DNA of 64,000 bases from Vicinamibacteria bacterium. Its GTDB lineage: Bacteria > Acidobacteriota > Vicinamibacteria > Marinacidobacterales > Marinacidobacteraceae. Position numbers and translations under genes: made by a program. Under the pieces are notes generated by a model that did no database searches, had not been told where the DNA came from, and worked only from the letters and a program-made list of their open reading frames with translations. Of this stretch, positions 1 through 9,030 are shown piece after piece; the first letter of the stretch is position 1, and each line of letters opens with the position of its first letter. The DNA is taken from positions 64,001 through 128,000 of the forward strand of contig OZ219815.1 of the NCBI GenBank assembly GCA_964291235.2, given 5' to 3'.

Positions 1-1
1 G

Positions 2-1921
2 CCACGCGAGCTGCTCGGGGAGTGGGATCCGGGCACGCGCCTCGGGGAGACGGTCGGATCCGAGATCTGCGGGGCTTGCCACGCGGAGATCGCGGCGACG
101 CAGGAGGATCACCCGATGGCCCGCACCGGAGCACCGCTCCCCTCCACGGCCGGCGAGGCCTGGTTTTCCGAGGAACGTCTGGAGGCTTCCGTGCTCTGGA
201 GAAGCACCGCTCCGGACGGCGCCGAACGACCGCGCTACGCGGCCGACGGGGGCATCGCACTGGTGGATCCGTCGGGCGACCGCGCGGCGGTACACGCGGT
301 TTTCGGATCTGGTCTCCGGGGCGTGACTCCCGTGCACTTCCGGGAGAACGGAGCGATGCGGGAATTGCGGCTCTCGTGGTCTCACGGGCTCGAGGCCTGG
401 ATCGAGACCCCCGGGTCGGAAGAGGACCGGGAGCCGCTCGGGGACCTCGATCCTCGGCGGGAGATGCGGAACTGTGTCGGCTGCCACGCCACCTCGGTGG
501 CCTGGAACGGGCCCGCCCCGGATCTCCACCGGACGGAATGGGGCGTGCGCTGCGAGCGCTGCCATGGACCCGGAGAGGCGCACGCGGGGGCTGCGAATCC
601 CTCCTCGATCTTCAATCCCGGTCGGCTTACTCCCGCCGAGGAGGTCCGCTTCTGCGGCCAGTGCCACCGGATGCCCACCGATTTCGAGCCGCTCCAGGTT
701 CTCGGGCGTGACCGGGGCCTCACCCGTCACGCCGCGGCGAGTCTCATGATGAGTGCCTGTTTCCGCACCCCCGCTCCCGAGCAGACGATTTCCTGTACCG
801 ACTGCCACGACCCCCATCGGGCGGAGGTCTCGGTCGCCGAGCGAAGCCGCGCGGCTTGCCGCCGCTGCCACGAGGATCCGGCGGCCGTCCACGCGTACGA
901 GCGCGTCACCGCGGCTTCGGACTGTCTCGCCTGTCACCTGCCGCCCCAGGCGGAGGTGTTCCCCGGCGCCGGGTTCACCGACCACTGGATCCGGATCCAG
1001 GGGCTGCCGCCGGCCCCGGGGTCCCCCGAGGAGCGGTCCGGGATCGAATATCTCGAACTGCTCTATCGGAACGAACTCGCCGGAGACCACGATCCGATCG
1101 AGGAAGCGAGGCTGCTGGTCGGTCTTGGAGAATTGCTGTTCGCTCAGGACCTGCAGGGCAGCGCGGTCGAGGCACTCGAGCAGGGACTCGAGGCCGAACC
1201 GGACTACGAGCGGCTGCTCAAGGCGGCGGCGCTCCTGCGGGAGAGCGGGCAGCCGGAGTCCGCCGAGGCGGCGCTGACGCGGGCGACCGCGATGGATCCC
1301 GAGGCGGCGCAGGCCTTTTTCGATCTCGGAGCGCTGCGCCTCGCGGGTAGCGACGGTCCGGGAGCCGTCGTCCCTCTCGAACGGGCGCGCCGACTCGACG
1401 CCGGGTCCGCCGTCGTGGCCTCCAGCCTGGGCGCCGCCTACCGGGAAGCGGGCCGCCTCGATGCGGCGCTCGAGGAAGGATTGGCCGCCGCCGGTCTCGA
1501 TAGCGCCTCGCCTGCGGCCTGGCTCCAACTGGGGCTGACCCGGTGGCGGCGGCGCGAGCTACCGGAAGCACGTGAAGCGCTCCAAAACGCCTTCGAACGG
1601 GACTCCGACGCACCGCCGACCCTCGAGGCCCTCGCGCGCCTGCTCGCGCTCGATCCGGACTCCGAAGTGCGGGACGTGGCGGAGGCGCGGCGGCTGGCGG
1701 AACGTCTGGCCGGCTTCGGCGGCTACCAGGAGCCGCACTCCCTCGATCTGCTGGCGGCGGTGTACGCGGCGGGCGGGGACTTCGAACTGGCCATCCGGAC
1801 CGCCGAGCTGGCGGTCTCGAGAGCGATCGCCGGCGGCGAAGCCGCATTCGCGGGCGAGGTTCGGGAGCGGCTCGCGCTCTACCGGGACGGGCAGGCCTGG
1901 CGGAGCCGCGGCCCGGGATAG
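2..1921 (+). CDS. Multiheme c-type cytochrome with C-terminal TPR domain (5' end outside window)
   Basis: Frame is open from position 2 and adds CGACH upstream of the track ORF. Seven CxxCH motifs in total (CGACH, CVGCH, CERCH, CGQCH, CTDCH, CRRCH, CLACH), followed by TPR-like helical repeats. Confidence 0.85.
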   Translation, partial: PRELLGEWDPGTRLGETVGSEICGACHAEIAATQEDHPMARTGAPLPSTAGEAWFSEERLEASVLWRSTAPDGAERPRYAADGGIALVDPSGDRAAVHAVFGSGLRGVTPVHFRENGAMRELRLSWSHGLEAWIETPGSEEDREPLGDLDPRREMRNCVGCHATSVAWNGPAPDLHRTEWGVRCERCHGPGEAHAGAANPSSIFNPGRLTPAEEVRFCGQCHRMPTDFEPLQVLGRDRGLTRHAAASLMMSACFRTPAPEQTISCTDCHDPHRAEVSVAERSRAACRRCHEDPAAVHAYERVTAASDCLACHLPPQAEVFPGAGFTDHWIRIQGLPPAPGSPEERSGIEYLELLYRNELAGDHDPIEEARLLVGLGELLFAQDLQGSAVEALEQGLEAEPDYERLLKAAALLRESGQPESAEAALTRATAMDPEAAQAFFDLGALRLAGSDGPGAVVPLERARRLDAGSAVVASSLGAAYREAGRLDAALEEGLAAAGLDSASPAAWLQLGLTRWRRRELPEAREALQNAFERDSDAPPTLEALARLLALDPDSEVRDVAEARRLAERLAGFGGYQEPHSLDLLAAVYAAGGDFELAIRTAELAVSRAIAGGEAAFAGEVRERLALYRDGQAWRSRGPG

Positions 1922-1956
1922 CGCGGCGGGTGTCAGGGCGTCACCGGGGGAACTCC

Positions 1957-2129
1957 GTGCCCGGGCGCTGACTGGCTAGGTGGGGGCTGTCCCGCCGCCC
2001 CGCTTCCCGGGGCTGTGCCGGCCTGGAGGCCGGCGTTCCCGTGCCGGTGTGCTGAACGGCTGGGGGTGGGCCGTCCCGCCGCCCCGCTTCGCGGGGCTGT
2101 GCCGGTCTGGAGACCGGCGTTCCCTTGCC
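1957..2129. repeat. Degenerate tandem repeat, about 84-bp unit, each unit carrying a REP-like palindrome
   Basis: 1989-2045 GTCCCGCCGCCCCGCTTCCCGGGGCTGTGCCGGCCTGGAGGCCGGCGTTCCC recurs at 2073-2129 with few changes. Confidence 0.85.
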
Positions 2130-2199
2130 TGTGCGCCGTGAGGCTGATGGGGGTTTCCTGTGCCTGGGGGCTGTGAGGCTGAGCAGGCGGCTCTCATCC

Positions 2200-2450
2200 A
2201 ACGAGCGAAGAGAAACGGCAGCGAACTCTGTTCGCTGCCTGCGTGACCGGGGGGAAAGTGTGAAAGGGGGGCATCCCCCCTTTCACAAGAAAGCAACGAA
2301 GAATCGGAACTCGCCGCAGTGCGCCGAAGGCGCACAAGGGAGTTGCGGTTCCCGGCGCATTGCGCCGGGCGGTTCGGGGGCGGGGGCCCGAGGCTTCCCG
2401 CGCAACGGCTCCAAGCTGCCCAGCGGGGTGCCCCCGCCTCCGGACCGCTC
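2200..2450 (+). ncRNA. Structured multi-stem repeated element, copy 1 (RNA or ssDNA; family unassigned)
   Basis: Five stems: GGCAGCGAAC/GTTCGCTGCC, TGTGAAAGGGGGG/CCCCCCTTTCACA, AATCGGAACTC/GAGTTGCGGTT, CCCGGCGC/GCGCCGGG and a long terminal stem. Homologous to 22838-23092 and 29684-30013. Confidence 0.6.
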
Positions 2451-2453
2451 GAC

Positions 2454-2485
2454 AAAAAAGGGGGCGGGCCCGAAAGCCCGCCCCC
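2454..2485 (-). terminator. Rho-independent terminator of the TonB-dependent receptor gene
   Basis: Minus strand reads GGGGGCGGGC-TTTCGG-GCCCGCCCCC-TTTTTT, 23 nt downstream of the stop codon. Confidence 0.9.
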
Positions 2486-2508
2486 AAAGGTTCTTGGGTT
2501 GAGATCGC

Positions 2509-5500
2509 CTAGAAGGTGATCTTCGCCATGAACTGGAAGGTGCGCGGATAGCCCCGCGTACCCGGGATGCTTCCGAAGGTGGACGATCCCAGGACCGTGC
2601 GTGGCCCGCGCCAGTTCACATGGTTGAAGAGGTCAATGAACTCGAACCGCAGGGTCAGGTTCATGTCCTCGTACATCCGCGTGGTCTTCTCGAGCGCGAC
2701 ATCCCAGTTGATGAGGACCGGGCTGCGCACCGAAGCCGTGTTGTTCGGAGCGTTGCTCAGCGTGAGTCCCTGGGTGAGTTGCGCGTCGCCGGCCGAAAGG
2801 TAGCTGGTGTGGTTCCCCTTCGGGTTGCCGCCGCCGCTCAGGTTCGCACTCGTGGGCCGTTGGTGGTTGAAGCCGTAGGCGCTCAGCGGGTTCGAGTTCT
2901 GCGTGACCACTACCGGGAAGCCGCTCCGCATGATCGCGACCGCCGAAAGCGCCCAGCCACCGAAGATCGGATTGTCACCAGGCGTGCGCCAGGTGCCGTT
3001 CACGTTGAACTGATGCGGCACGTGGACCCGCGACGGTCCGTAGTCGGCATCAAGCACCGGGCACTTGCCGTAAGCGCACTCGTCGGGCGTGTTGTAGATG
3101 ACGCTCGTCTCGTTCTCGAGCAACTGGTTGTTCTCGTAGATGTTGTCCTCGTGCTTCGTGAAGGTGTAGTTGATCCGGGCGCCCCAGTTGCCCCGGAAGC
3201 GCTTCTCGAACTCCACCCGGAGGGCGTTATAGAGCGACTTGCCGGAACTCACGTGGCGGGCGAAGACGTTCCGGAAGTGCGGATACGGACGAAGGAGCTG
3301 GCCGAGCGGCAGCGTTTCCACACCCGAAAAGCTGCCGAAGCGCGGGTCGTTGTAGAAGGGGTTGGGGTATTCGTCGTTCAACCGGTCGCCGAGCGACAGG
3401 TACTGGTCAGCCAGCTGGTTGATGTTGATCGACGAGTTGTTCGTGCCGCCGATACCGAGATCGGCGCCCTGGCTACCGACGTAGCCGATCTTCAGCGCCA
3501 GGTCGTTCCCGATGTCCCGCTGGAAGTCGAGCGACCACTTGTTGATGTACGGCGAGGCGCGGAACTGCTCGTTGAAGTACACGTTGCTGCCAATGTTCTG
3601 CAGGCGGCCGTTGGCGTTGCCGATCGGGTTCGCGATGCCGTTCGGGAACGGGTTCGACGCGGTCGCAGCCGGCGGGGTGATGCCGTCAACGCTGGTCGCG
3701 AGCGAGGTGACGTTCGTGTAGCCATAGGTCCCCAGATGGCTGGCGCCCGTGCCGCTGGGAATGGCGTAGGGCGCCCAGAAGACGGCGTATCCGCCCCGAA
3801 TCACGGTCTCGGGGTTGATCGTGTAGGCGAAGCCGACGCGGGGCCCCAGCTTCATGCCCGGCGGGTCCCACTGGTGGGTGGGGTTGCCGTCCACGCCCGC
3901 GTACATCAGGCCGCCGCGCAGCGGGAAGCCGGGAAGGCTGCCCTCGATGGCCGGGTCAAGCCCGACCTGCATCGGGAACGGGTTGGTCCGGTCCCAGCCG
4001 ACCGCGAAGCCGTTGTCGTCTTCCATGAGGCCGCTTTCGTGCTCCACGCGGAGTCCGAGGTTCAGGACGAGGTTCTGGCTGGGCCGCCAGTCGTCCTGGA
4101 TGAAGCCGCCGTAGTAGTTGATGAAGACATCGGCGGGCTCCGCGATGGTCGCGCTCCCCCCGCTCGGAATGCCGAGGAGCAGATCGGCCATCGCGCTACC
4201 GGAACCGCCGTCCGGCGCGGTGGGGCTCGGTCCCTGGGTGAAGCTCTGGTTGAAGCTCATGGAGAACCCGTTTCCGAAACTCGCGGCGTGCAGCCCCATC
4301 CTCCGGAACTGACCACCGTACTTCACGGTGTGATTGCCGAGGAACATCGAGTAGGTGCCGCTGACCTCGCGCGAGGTCCACTGGACATCGGTGTTGGACC
4401 AGGAACCGTGCGTCGAGCCGCCGTCGCCGAAGTCGGAGACGGAAATGGACGGGAACTGCCCCCCATAGCCGGCCTGCGAATAGAGCTGATCGATGAAGCC
4501 TCCCTGGATTCCGAGGCCCGCGACCTGATCCGCCCCAAACGCCGGGTTGACGACCGAGTCGTTGAAGTACGTCTGGCCGTAGCGCAACGTCAGAACCGAG
4601 GTGCTGCCAACGACGAAGGTGTTGTTCAGGGCAACGGCGTGCACATCGCGGATCAACTCCGCGGCGCCGATCCCGAAATCCGGGGCGCTATCCGCGTTCA
4701 GGAGGTCCGTGTACTGCTGGAACGCCCCTTCGCTGGACGTGTAATAGAGGTAGGTCGCCGTAGCCTGCCAGGAATCCGAGAACGAGTGACTCAGGTTCGC
4801 GGTGGACTGGAGGGCCGTCGTCTTCTGCGCTCCGGACGTACTGATTCCGCCGCCCGGCCCCAGGGTCGTCAGCAACTGGGCCAGGCCGGAGCCCGCCGGA
4901 TCAATCATGTGCGAGGGAATCCGGTTCCCCGCAAACGGTTGGCGGTTGCCGTTCGCGTCGAGGTCGAACGGGTTGTAGATCGTCGTGCCGCTCGCCGAGA
5001 AATCGCCTGCGGCCTCGGCCGCCGTCGGCAGGATGACCTGCGTGTTCTCCGCGAGGAGATCGTTGTTTCCTTCGGCCGAAAACCAGAAGAACGTGCGGTC
5101 CCGCAGGATCGGGCCGCCGAAGGAGCCGCCCCAGAGCCAGAAGGGCTGGCTCGCAAGATCGTCATCGTTGATCTGACCCGAGTCGTACGCCAACTGGTCC
5201 GTATAGGACAGCGCCCGCCAGAGCGTGTTCCGAGTGCCGGGGCGCCGCTGGTACAGGCTGCTGCCGGCCCAGTTGTTCGTGCCGCTGCGGTGGATCACGT
5301 TGAACACGCCACCTCCGGTGCGGCCCATCTCCGCATCGTAGGTGTTGACCTGCACCTTCATTTCCTGCACCGCCTCGAACACCGGGATGATGACGGTGCG
5401 GTTCCGCAGGTCCGTTGTGGAGACGCCGTCCACGGTGTAGTTGTTGCCGCGGAGCGGTCCGCCTCCCAGCGAGAGGAGCGAGGAGTTGGTCTGGTCGGAC

Positions 5501-6021
5501 TGCTTGACCCAGACCGGGTTTCCGGTATGGACCACGTTCGGCGTTCCGACACCCAGAATGAACACGTTGCGGCCCGGGGTGGGAAGCACTTCGAGTTCCG
5601 CCCGGCTCACCGCCGAGGAAACCGAGGCGGTCGCGGTCTCGATCAGCGGCGTCTCGCCGATGACCGTCACCGTTTCCTCAATCCCACCAATGGAAAGACT
5701 GGCGTCCACCACCAGGAACGAGGAGACCCCCACGATGAGGCCCTCGCTCACATACGGCGCAAAACCGCTCAGCTCGGCGCGCAGCGTGTACGTGCTCGGC
5801 TGAATGTTGGCGAAGTTGTACTCACCGACCGCGTTCGTAACCGCGGTCCGCGAAACGCCGGTGTCCTCGTTGTCCAGCGTCACCGTGACGCCGGGCAGGA
5901 CACCGCCGTCGGCGTCCTGAATGACGCCACGGACGCCGCCCTGGAATGTCTGGGCGAAAGCGCCCGACGCGAGTCCCAGAACGCCGAGCACCGCGGCGGT
6001 CCTAAACAAAAGCGATCTCAT
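2509..6021 (-). CDS. TonB-dependent receptor (Oar-like, N-terminal carboxypeptidase-regulatory-like domain)
   Basis: Signal peptide, GVIQDADGGVLPGVTV domain, plug motifs (NNYTVDGV, YDAEMGRTGGG), GGFIQDDWR, C-terminal Phe; AAGGAGG RBS. Confidence 0.93.
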   Translation of the reverse strand: MRSLLFRTAAVLGVLGLASGAFAQTFQGGVRGVIQDADGGVLPGVTVTLDNEDTGVSRTAVTNAVGEYNFANIQPSTYTLRAELSGFAPYVSEGLIVGVSSFLVVDASLSIGGIEETVTVIGETPLIETATASVSSAVSRAELEVLPTPGRNVFILGVGTPNVVHTGNPVWVKQSDQTNSSLLSLGGGPLRGNNYTVDGVSTTDLRNRTVIIPVFEAVQEMKVQVNTYDAEMGRTGGGVFNVIHRSGTNNWAGSSLYQRRPGTRNTLWRALSYTDQLAYDSGQINDDDLASQPFWLWGGSFGGPILRDRTFFWFSAEGNNDLLAENTQVILPTAAEAAGDFSASGTTIYNPFDLDANGNRQPFAGNRIPSHMIDPAGSGLAQLLTTLGPGGGISTSGAQKTTALQSTANLSHSFSDSWQATATYLYYTSSEGAFQQYTDLLNADSAPDFGIGAAELIRDVHAVALNNTFVVGSTSVLTLRYGQTYFNDSVVNPAFGADQVAGLGIQGGFIDQLYSQAGYGGQFPSISVSDFGDGGSTHGSWSNTDVQWTSREVSGTYSMFLGNHTVKYGGQFRRMGLHAASFGNGFSMSFNQSFTQGPSPTAPDGGSGSAMADLLLGIPSGGSATIAEPADVFINYYGGFIQDDWRPSQNLVLNLGLRVEHESGLMEDDNGFAVGWDRTNPFPMQVGLDPAIEGSLPGFPLRGGLMYAGVDGNPTHQWDPPGMKLGPRVGFAYTINPETVIRGGYAVFWAPYAIPSGTGASHLGTYGYTNVTSLATSVDGITPPAATASNPFPNGIANPIGNANGRLQNIGSNVYFNEQFRASPYINKWSLDFQRDIGNDLALKIGYVGSQGADLGIGGTNNSSININQLADQYLSLGDRLNDEYPNPFYNDPRFGSFSGVETLPLGQLLRPYPHFRNVFARHVSSGKSLYNALRVEFEKRFRGNWGARINYTFTKHEDNIYENNQLLENETSVIYNTPDECAYGKCPVLDADYGPSRVHVPHQFNVNGTWRTPGDNPIFGGWALSAVAIMRSGFPVVVTQNSNPLSAYGFNHQRPTSANLSGGGNPKGNHTSYLSAGDAQLTQGLTLSNAPNNTASVRSPVLINWDVALEKTTRMYEDMNLTLRFEFIDLFNHVNWRGPRTVLGSSTFGSIPGTRGYPRTFQFMAKITF

Positions 6022-6371
6022 GAGTCCCTCCTTAAAAGGTCGAATGAGTTCATGAGCCTGATGCCCGAAGGCAGGCAGTCCACAGCAAATCTGGTTGGCG
6101 GAGAGCGAATAACGGCAAATCCACGTGTCTAGAGGGCGGAACTTTAGGCGATCCGGCCATGTTTCTCCACTGTTACCCCAGTGTCACGGCAGGCAAAGGG
6201 CGGACCGCTTTCGCAGGGCACCGCTCCTGATTCTATAAGTCACTGACTTTACAGGGTATTGTCCGTATTTTCAGTCCCAACGAACACGCGGGTGGCTGCC
6301 AGAGTCGAATTCAAGAAACCGAACGAAATACGGCTGATCAGATCGCTGCCGGGAAACGGACCGCCCCGGAT

Positions 6372-7583
6372 TCACGACCCGGCGTCGCGCGTCGCCATGC
6401 GGTCGAAGAAATCAGCGTGTCCGGCCAGGATCCGATCCTCGGCGTCCCGATTCGGCTCGAGGGACCACTCCCCTCGTTCCCGCGTGCCCCCGAGCAGAAT
6501 GCCGTCGGCCCGCGGCATCATGTAAAGACCCTGATAGAGCGCGATGTAGCGGATCTCGGGCTGCGGCAGCAGGACCGTAAGCTGCCCCTTGAGCGGAACC
6601 AGTTCCTCGTCGCCGACCAGGTCCCGGGCGCCGATCCCCGTGCAGTTGACCACGCGGCGTTCCGGGAGGCCGGCAACCTCGCCCAGGGAGCGGAAGTTCC
6701 GGATGCGGATCCGGCCGCCGGCGAGCCGGAAGTCCTGCATGACGGCTCCGAGGTACACCGGCGGCTCGATCATCATGGTGGTGTACTCGCGGGCATAGCG
6801 GACCGGGAACGGATGGGTTCCGGGCGCCAGATCCCGGGTCTGGGGGAAGAGGTCGGCAAGCCGGTCGGGCTGGCCGGGACCCCCGAACGGCACATCGCTG
6901 AGCGGATAGTTCGGAAGCCAGTGGACGCCGTAACGCGCACCCACCAGATCCTGGAAGATGCGGTGGGAGATGCGGGCGGCCCGCTCGAGCCGATCCTGGA
7001 ACGCGTCCGTGTGAACGCGGGCATCCGAAACCGAGTAGGGACCCCACTGGGCGCAGGCCACGTTCGAGGTCGTGGCCGGGGGCAGATCCTTCGCGTAGAT
7101 GGTCACGTCCACGCCGCGCCGCTGCAGCAGCCGCGCGGTGGCGAGCCCCACCGCGCCGCAGCCGATCACCGCCGCCCGCGCCGGGAGCGAAGCGTCGCCG
7201 AGGAGTTCCTCGACGGCGAGCCAGGCGCTGCCCCAGGAGAGGGTGACCCCAGCGCCGCCGTGTCCGTAGTTGTGGACCAGGATCCGGCCGTCACCGAGGT
7301 CCTGGCGCTCCACCCGGAAACCCGACGGGCGATAGGGCCGGAGGCCGACCACGGTGCGGATGATCCGGTCCCGGGCGACCTTCACCGCCGGGAGCCGGAA
7401 GGCGGGGGCAAGCGGAGGATCGGACCCGGTCCGCGCCGCCGGCAGCGGCCGGCCGGCACAGGCCGCGGCCACCCCCGCCGCGAGCCCCGGAGCAAGTTTC
7501 GCGGCGGTGCCGAGCACGCGCCGCCGGGAGGGAAGGCGGAGCCGGTCCCCGGGGGGAGGCGGGGAGGACAGAGGCGGCGGCAA
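6372..7583 (-). CDS. Tat-exported FAD-dependent D-amino-acid oxidase family protein (permuted motif order)
   Basis: SRRRVLG twin-arginine signal; GLRPYR and HNYGHGGAG motifs; GCGAVG dinucleotide-binding motif; VVNCTGIG. Start moved to TTG 7583 (uncertain). Confidence 0.85.
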   Translation of the reverse strand: MPPPLSSPPPPGDRLRLPSRRRVLGTAAKLAPGLAAGVAAACAGRPLPAARTGSDPPLAPAFRLPAVKVARDRIIRTVVGLRPYRPSGFRVERQDLGDGRILVHNYGHGGAGVTLSWGSAWLAVEELLGDASLPARAAVIGCGAVGLATARLLQRRGVDVTIYAKDLPPATTSNVACAQWGPYSVSDARVHTDAFQDRLERAARISHRIFQDLVGARYGVHWLPNYPLSDVPFGGPGQPDRLADLFPQTRDLAPGTHPFPVRYAREYTTMMIEPPVYLGAVMQDFRLAGGRIRIRNFRSLGEVAGLPERRVVNCTGIGARDLVGDEELVPLKGQLTVLLPQPEIRYIALYQGLYMMPRADGILLGGTRERGEWSLEPNRDAEDRILAGHADFFDRMATRDAGS

Positions 7584-7675
7584 GAGGTTTTCTATACTAG
7601 GACACGGACGGCTCGCCAAACGCTGATCCAACCAGCGGATCCGGGGCGCACCCGTCAGGCCGGGAGGCGAACGCA

Positions 7676-8401
7676 ATGGATCGCAGACTCTTTCTGAAAG
7701 CGGCGGCCGCGGTGAGCGGCGCCGGCATCGTGGGCGTGAACGATCGGGCGGAAGCGCTCGAACACGAGATGATCCATCTGCTCGAGGCGCCGGAGCGTCC
7801 GCCGCTCTCGAAGTCGGAGGGAGAGGAGCCGCTTTCGGAGATGCCCGCGAAGCCGACGCTGGTGGACTTCTTCAAGCATCGCTTCGCTCCGGCCTCCCAC
7901 GTGTTGCAGAGCGCGACCCGCGCCCTGAAGCACGGGATGAGCGAAGAGATCGTCCTCGCCTGCCTGCTCCATGACATCTCGGTCACCAACCTGGTGCGCG
8001 CCGACCACGGCTGGTGGTGCGCCCAGATGATCGAGCCGTACGTGCCTGAAAAGGTCGCCTGGGGCATCCGCTACCACCAGGCGCTCCGCTTCTTCCCCGA
8101 CCCGTCCGTGGGCTACGAGTACCCCGAGATGTACGTGCGGATGTTCGGTGCCGACCACGAGCCGGAGCCGTACATCAAGGCGGCCCATGACTACGCCAGA
8201 AACCACAAGTGGTACATGGAAGCGCGCTCCATCACCATGCACGACGACTACAGCTTCGAGCGCGGCGTCGAGGTCTCGATCGATCCGTTCGTGGACATCA
8301 TCGGCCGGAACTTCAAGCAGCCCAAGGAAGGGCTCGGGAACGACAACAGCCCCACCGCCCACATGTGGCGGACGATGATCAACCCCCGGCGCCGGCTGTA
8401 G
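7676..8401 (+). CDS. Tat-exported HD-domain metalloenzyme (PhnZ/MIOX-like ligand set)
   Basis: MDRRLFLK signal; H(VLQ)...LLHD...DHG...RYH...HDD pattern. Confidence 0.75.
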   Translation: MDRRLFLKAAAAVSGAGIVGVNDRAEALEHEMIHLLEAPERPPLSKSEGEEPLSEMPAKPTLVDFFKHRFAPASHVLQSATRALKHGMSEEIVLACLLHDISVTNLVRADHGWWCAQMIEPYVPEKVAWGIRYHQALRFFPDPSVGYEYPEMYVRMFGADHEPEPYIKAAHDYARNHKWYMEARSITMHDDYSFERGVEVSIDPFVDIIGRNFKQPKEGLGNDNSPTAHMWRTMINPRRRL

Positions 8402-8434
8402 ATCGTCGAGCGGACCTGGAAGGGGGCGCGCCAC

Positions 8435-8716
8435 GTGGCAAAGCGGCCCAGCCTCACCGGTTTGCTCCGCAGGGTTCGACTGGGCGAAACCGTCCTGATT
8501 ACCGACCGCGGCAAACCGGTCGCGAGGATCGAGCCCTGCCAGCCGACAGACGGCGACGACCTCCAGGTAACGGCGCTGCTTGCCCGGCGAGGCATCGCCG
8601 GACCGCCGCGGGCAACTCTCGACGTCCACAGCTTTCTGAAAGCTCCCCGGCCGCGCCTCCGCCAGGGGGTCCGGGCCAGCGATGCGGTCTCGGCGGACCG
8701 GGATGAGTCCCGGTGA
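8435..8716 (+). CDS. Type II antitoxin, Phd/YefM family
   Basis: LLRRVRLGETVLITDRGKPVARI is a typical Phd motif; GTGA overlap with the downstream PIN gene. Confidence 0.85.
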   Translation: MAKRPSLTGLLRRVRLGETVLITDRGKPVARIEPCQPTDGDDLQVTALLARRGIAGPPRATLDVHSFLKAPRPRLRQGVRASDAVSADRDESR

Positions 8717-8962
8717 AGTACTGGGACTCTTCGGCGCTCGTTTCCCTGTTTGTTGACGAGTAGGAAACGGCGAACCGTCGGGCTCTGTTGCGTGAGGACC
8801 ACCAGGTCGTCACCTGGTGGGGCAGCGCCGTGGAGTGCGCCGCGGCGCTCCATCGGCTCCATCGCCAGAGCGGCCGACCAGAACCCCCCGAACCTGGATC
8901 TCGTTTCAAGCGACGCTCGCCTCTCCGAGGCGGCTTTACGCGAAGGCTTCGCCGTCCATTAG
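8713..8962 (+). pseudogene. vapC: VapC/PIN-domain toxin pseudogene
   Basis: MKYWDSSAL start, in-frame TAG at 8761-8763, continuation VVTWWGSAVECAAAL, then frame change near 8868 to the C-terminal LVSSDARLSEAALREGF; the central part is missing. Confidence 0.85.
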
Positions 8963-8981
8963 CGCGACTTGAACGTCGTCG

Positions 8982-9030
8982 GAGTTTCGCGGCCTGCGGC
9001 CGCGATGCCGGCCGGAGGCCGGCGCTCCTA
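8982..9030. repeat. REP-like double-hairpin repeat
   Basis: GAGTTTCGCGGCCTGCGGCCGCGATGCCGGCCGGAGGCCGGCGCTCCTA; 48/49 identical to 44368-44416. Confidence 0.9.

Noticed and set aside
1957-2180. Possible CRISPR array
   Set aside because: Only two and a bit degenerate units, the intervening sequences are also similar to each other, and there are no cas genes.
2125-2502. Short ORFs over the structured element copies (also 29719..29997 and the 5' part of 22030..23166) that share peptide fragments such as DRGESV
   Set aside because: The similarity comes from the nucleotide repeat; frames are not conserved between copies, whereas base pairing is.
2620-6132. 1170-aa plus-strand ORF antisense to the TonB receptor
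   Set aside because: Mirror-frame shadow produced by high-GC codon bias; no motifs. The same applies to 16968..19862 (-), 45006..47282 (+) and similar long antisense ORFs.
6230-6262. AT-rich TAAGTCACTGACTT patch upstream of the TonB receptor (IHF- or dif-like)
   Set aside because: Two mismatches to the IHF consensus and no clear XerC/D arms; possibly regulatory but unsupported.
8761-8763. TAG in vapC as pyrrolysine or readthrough
   Set aside because: The gene also has a deletion/frameshift, and TAG is a common true stop in this window.
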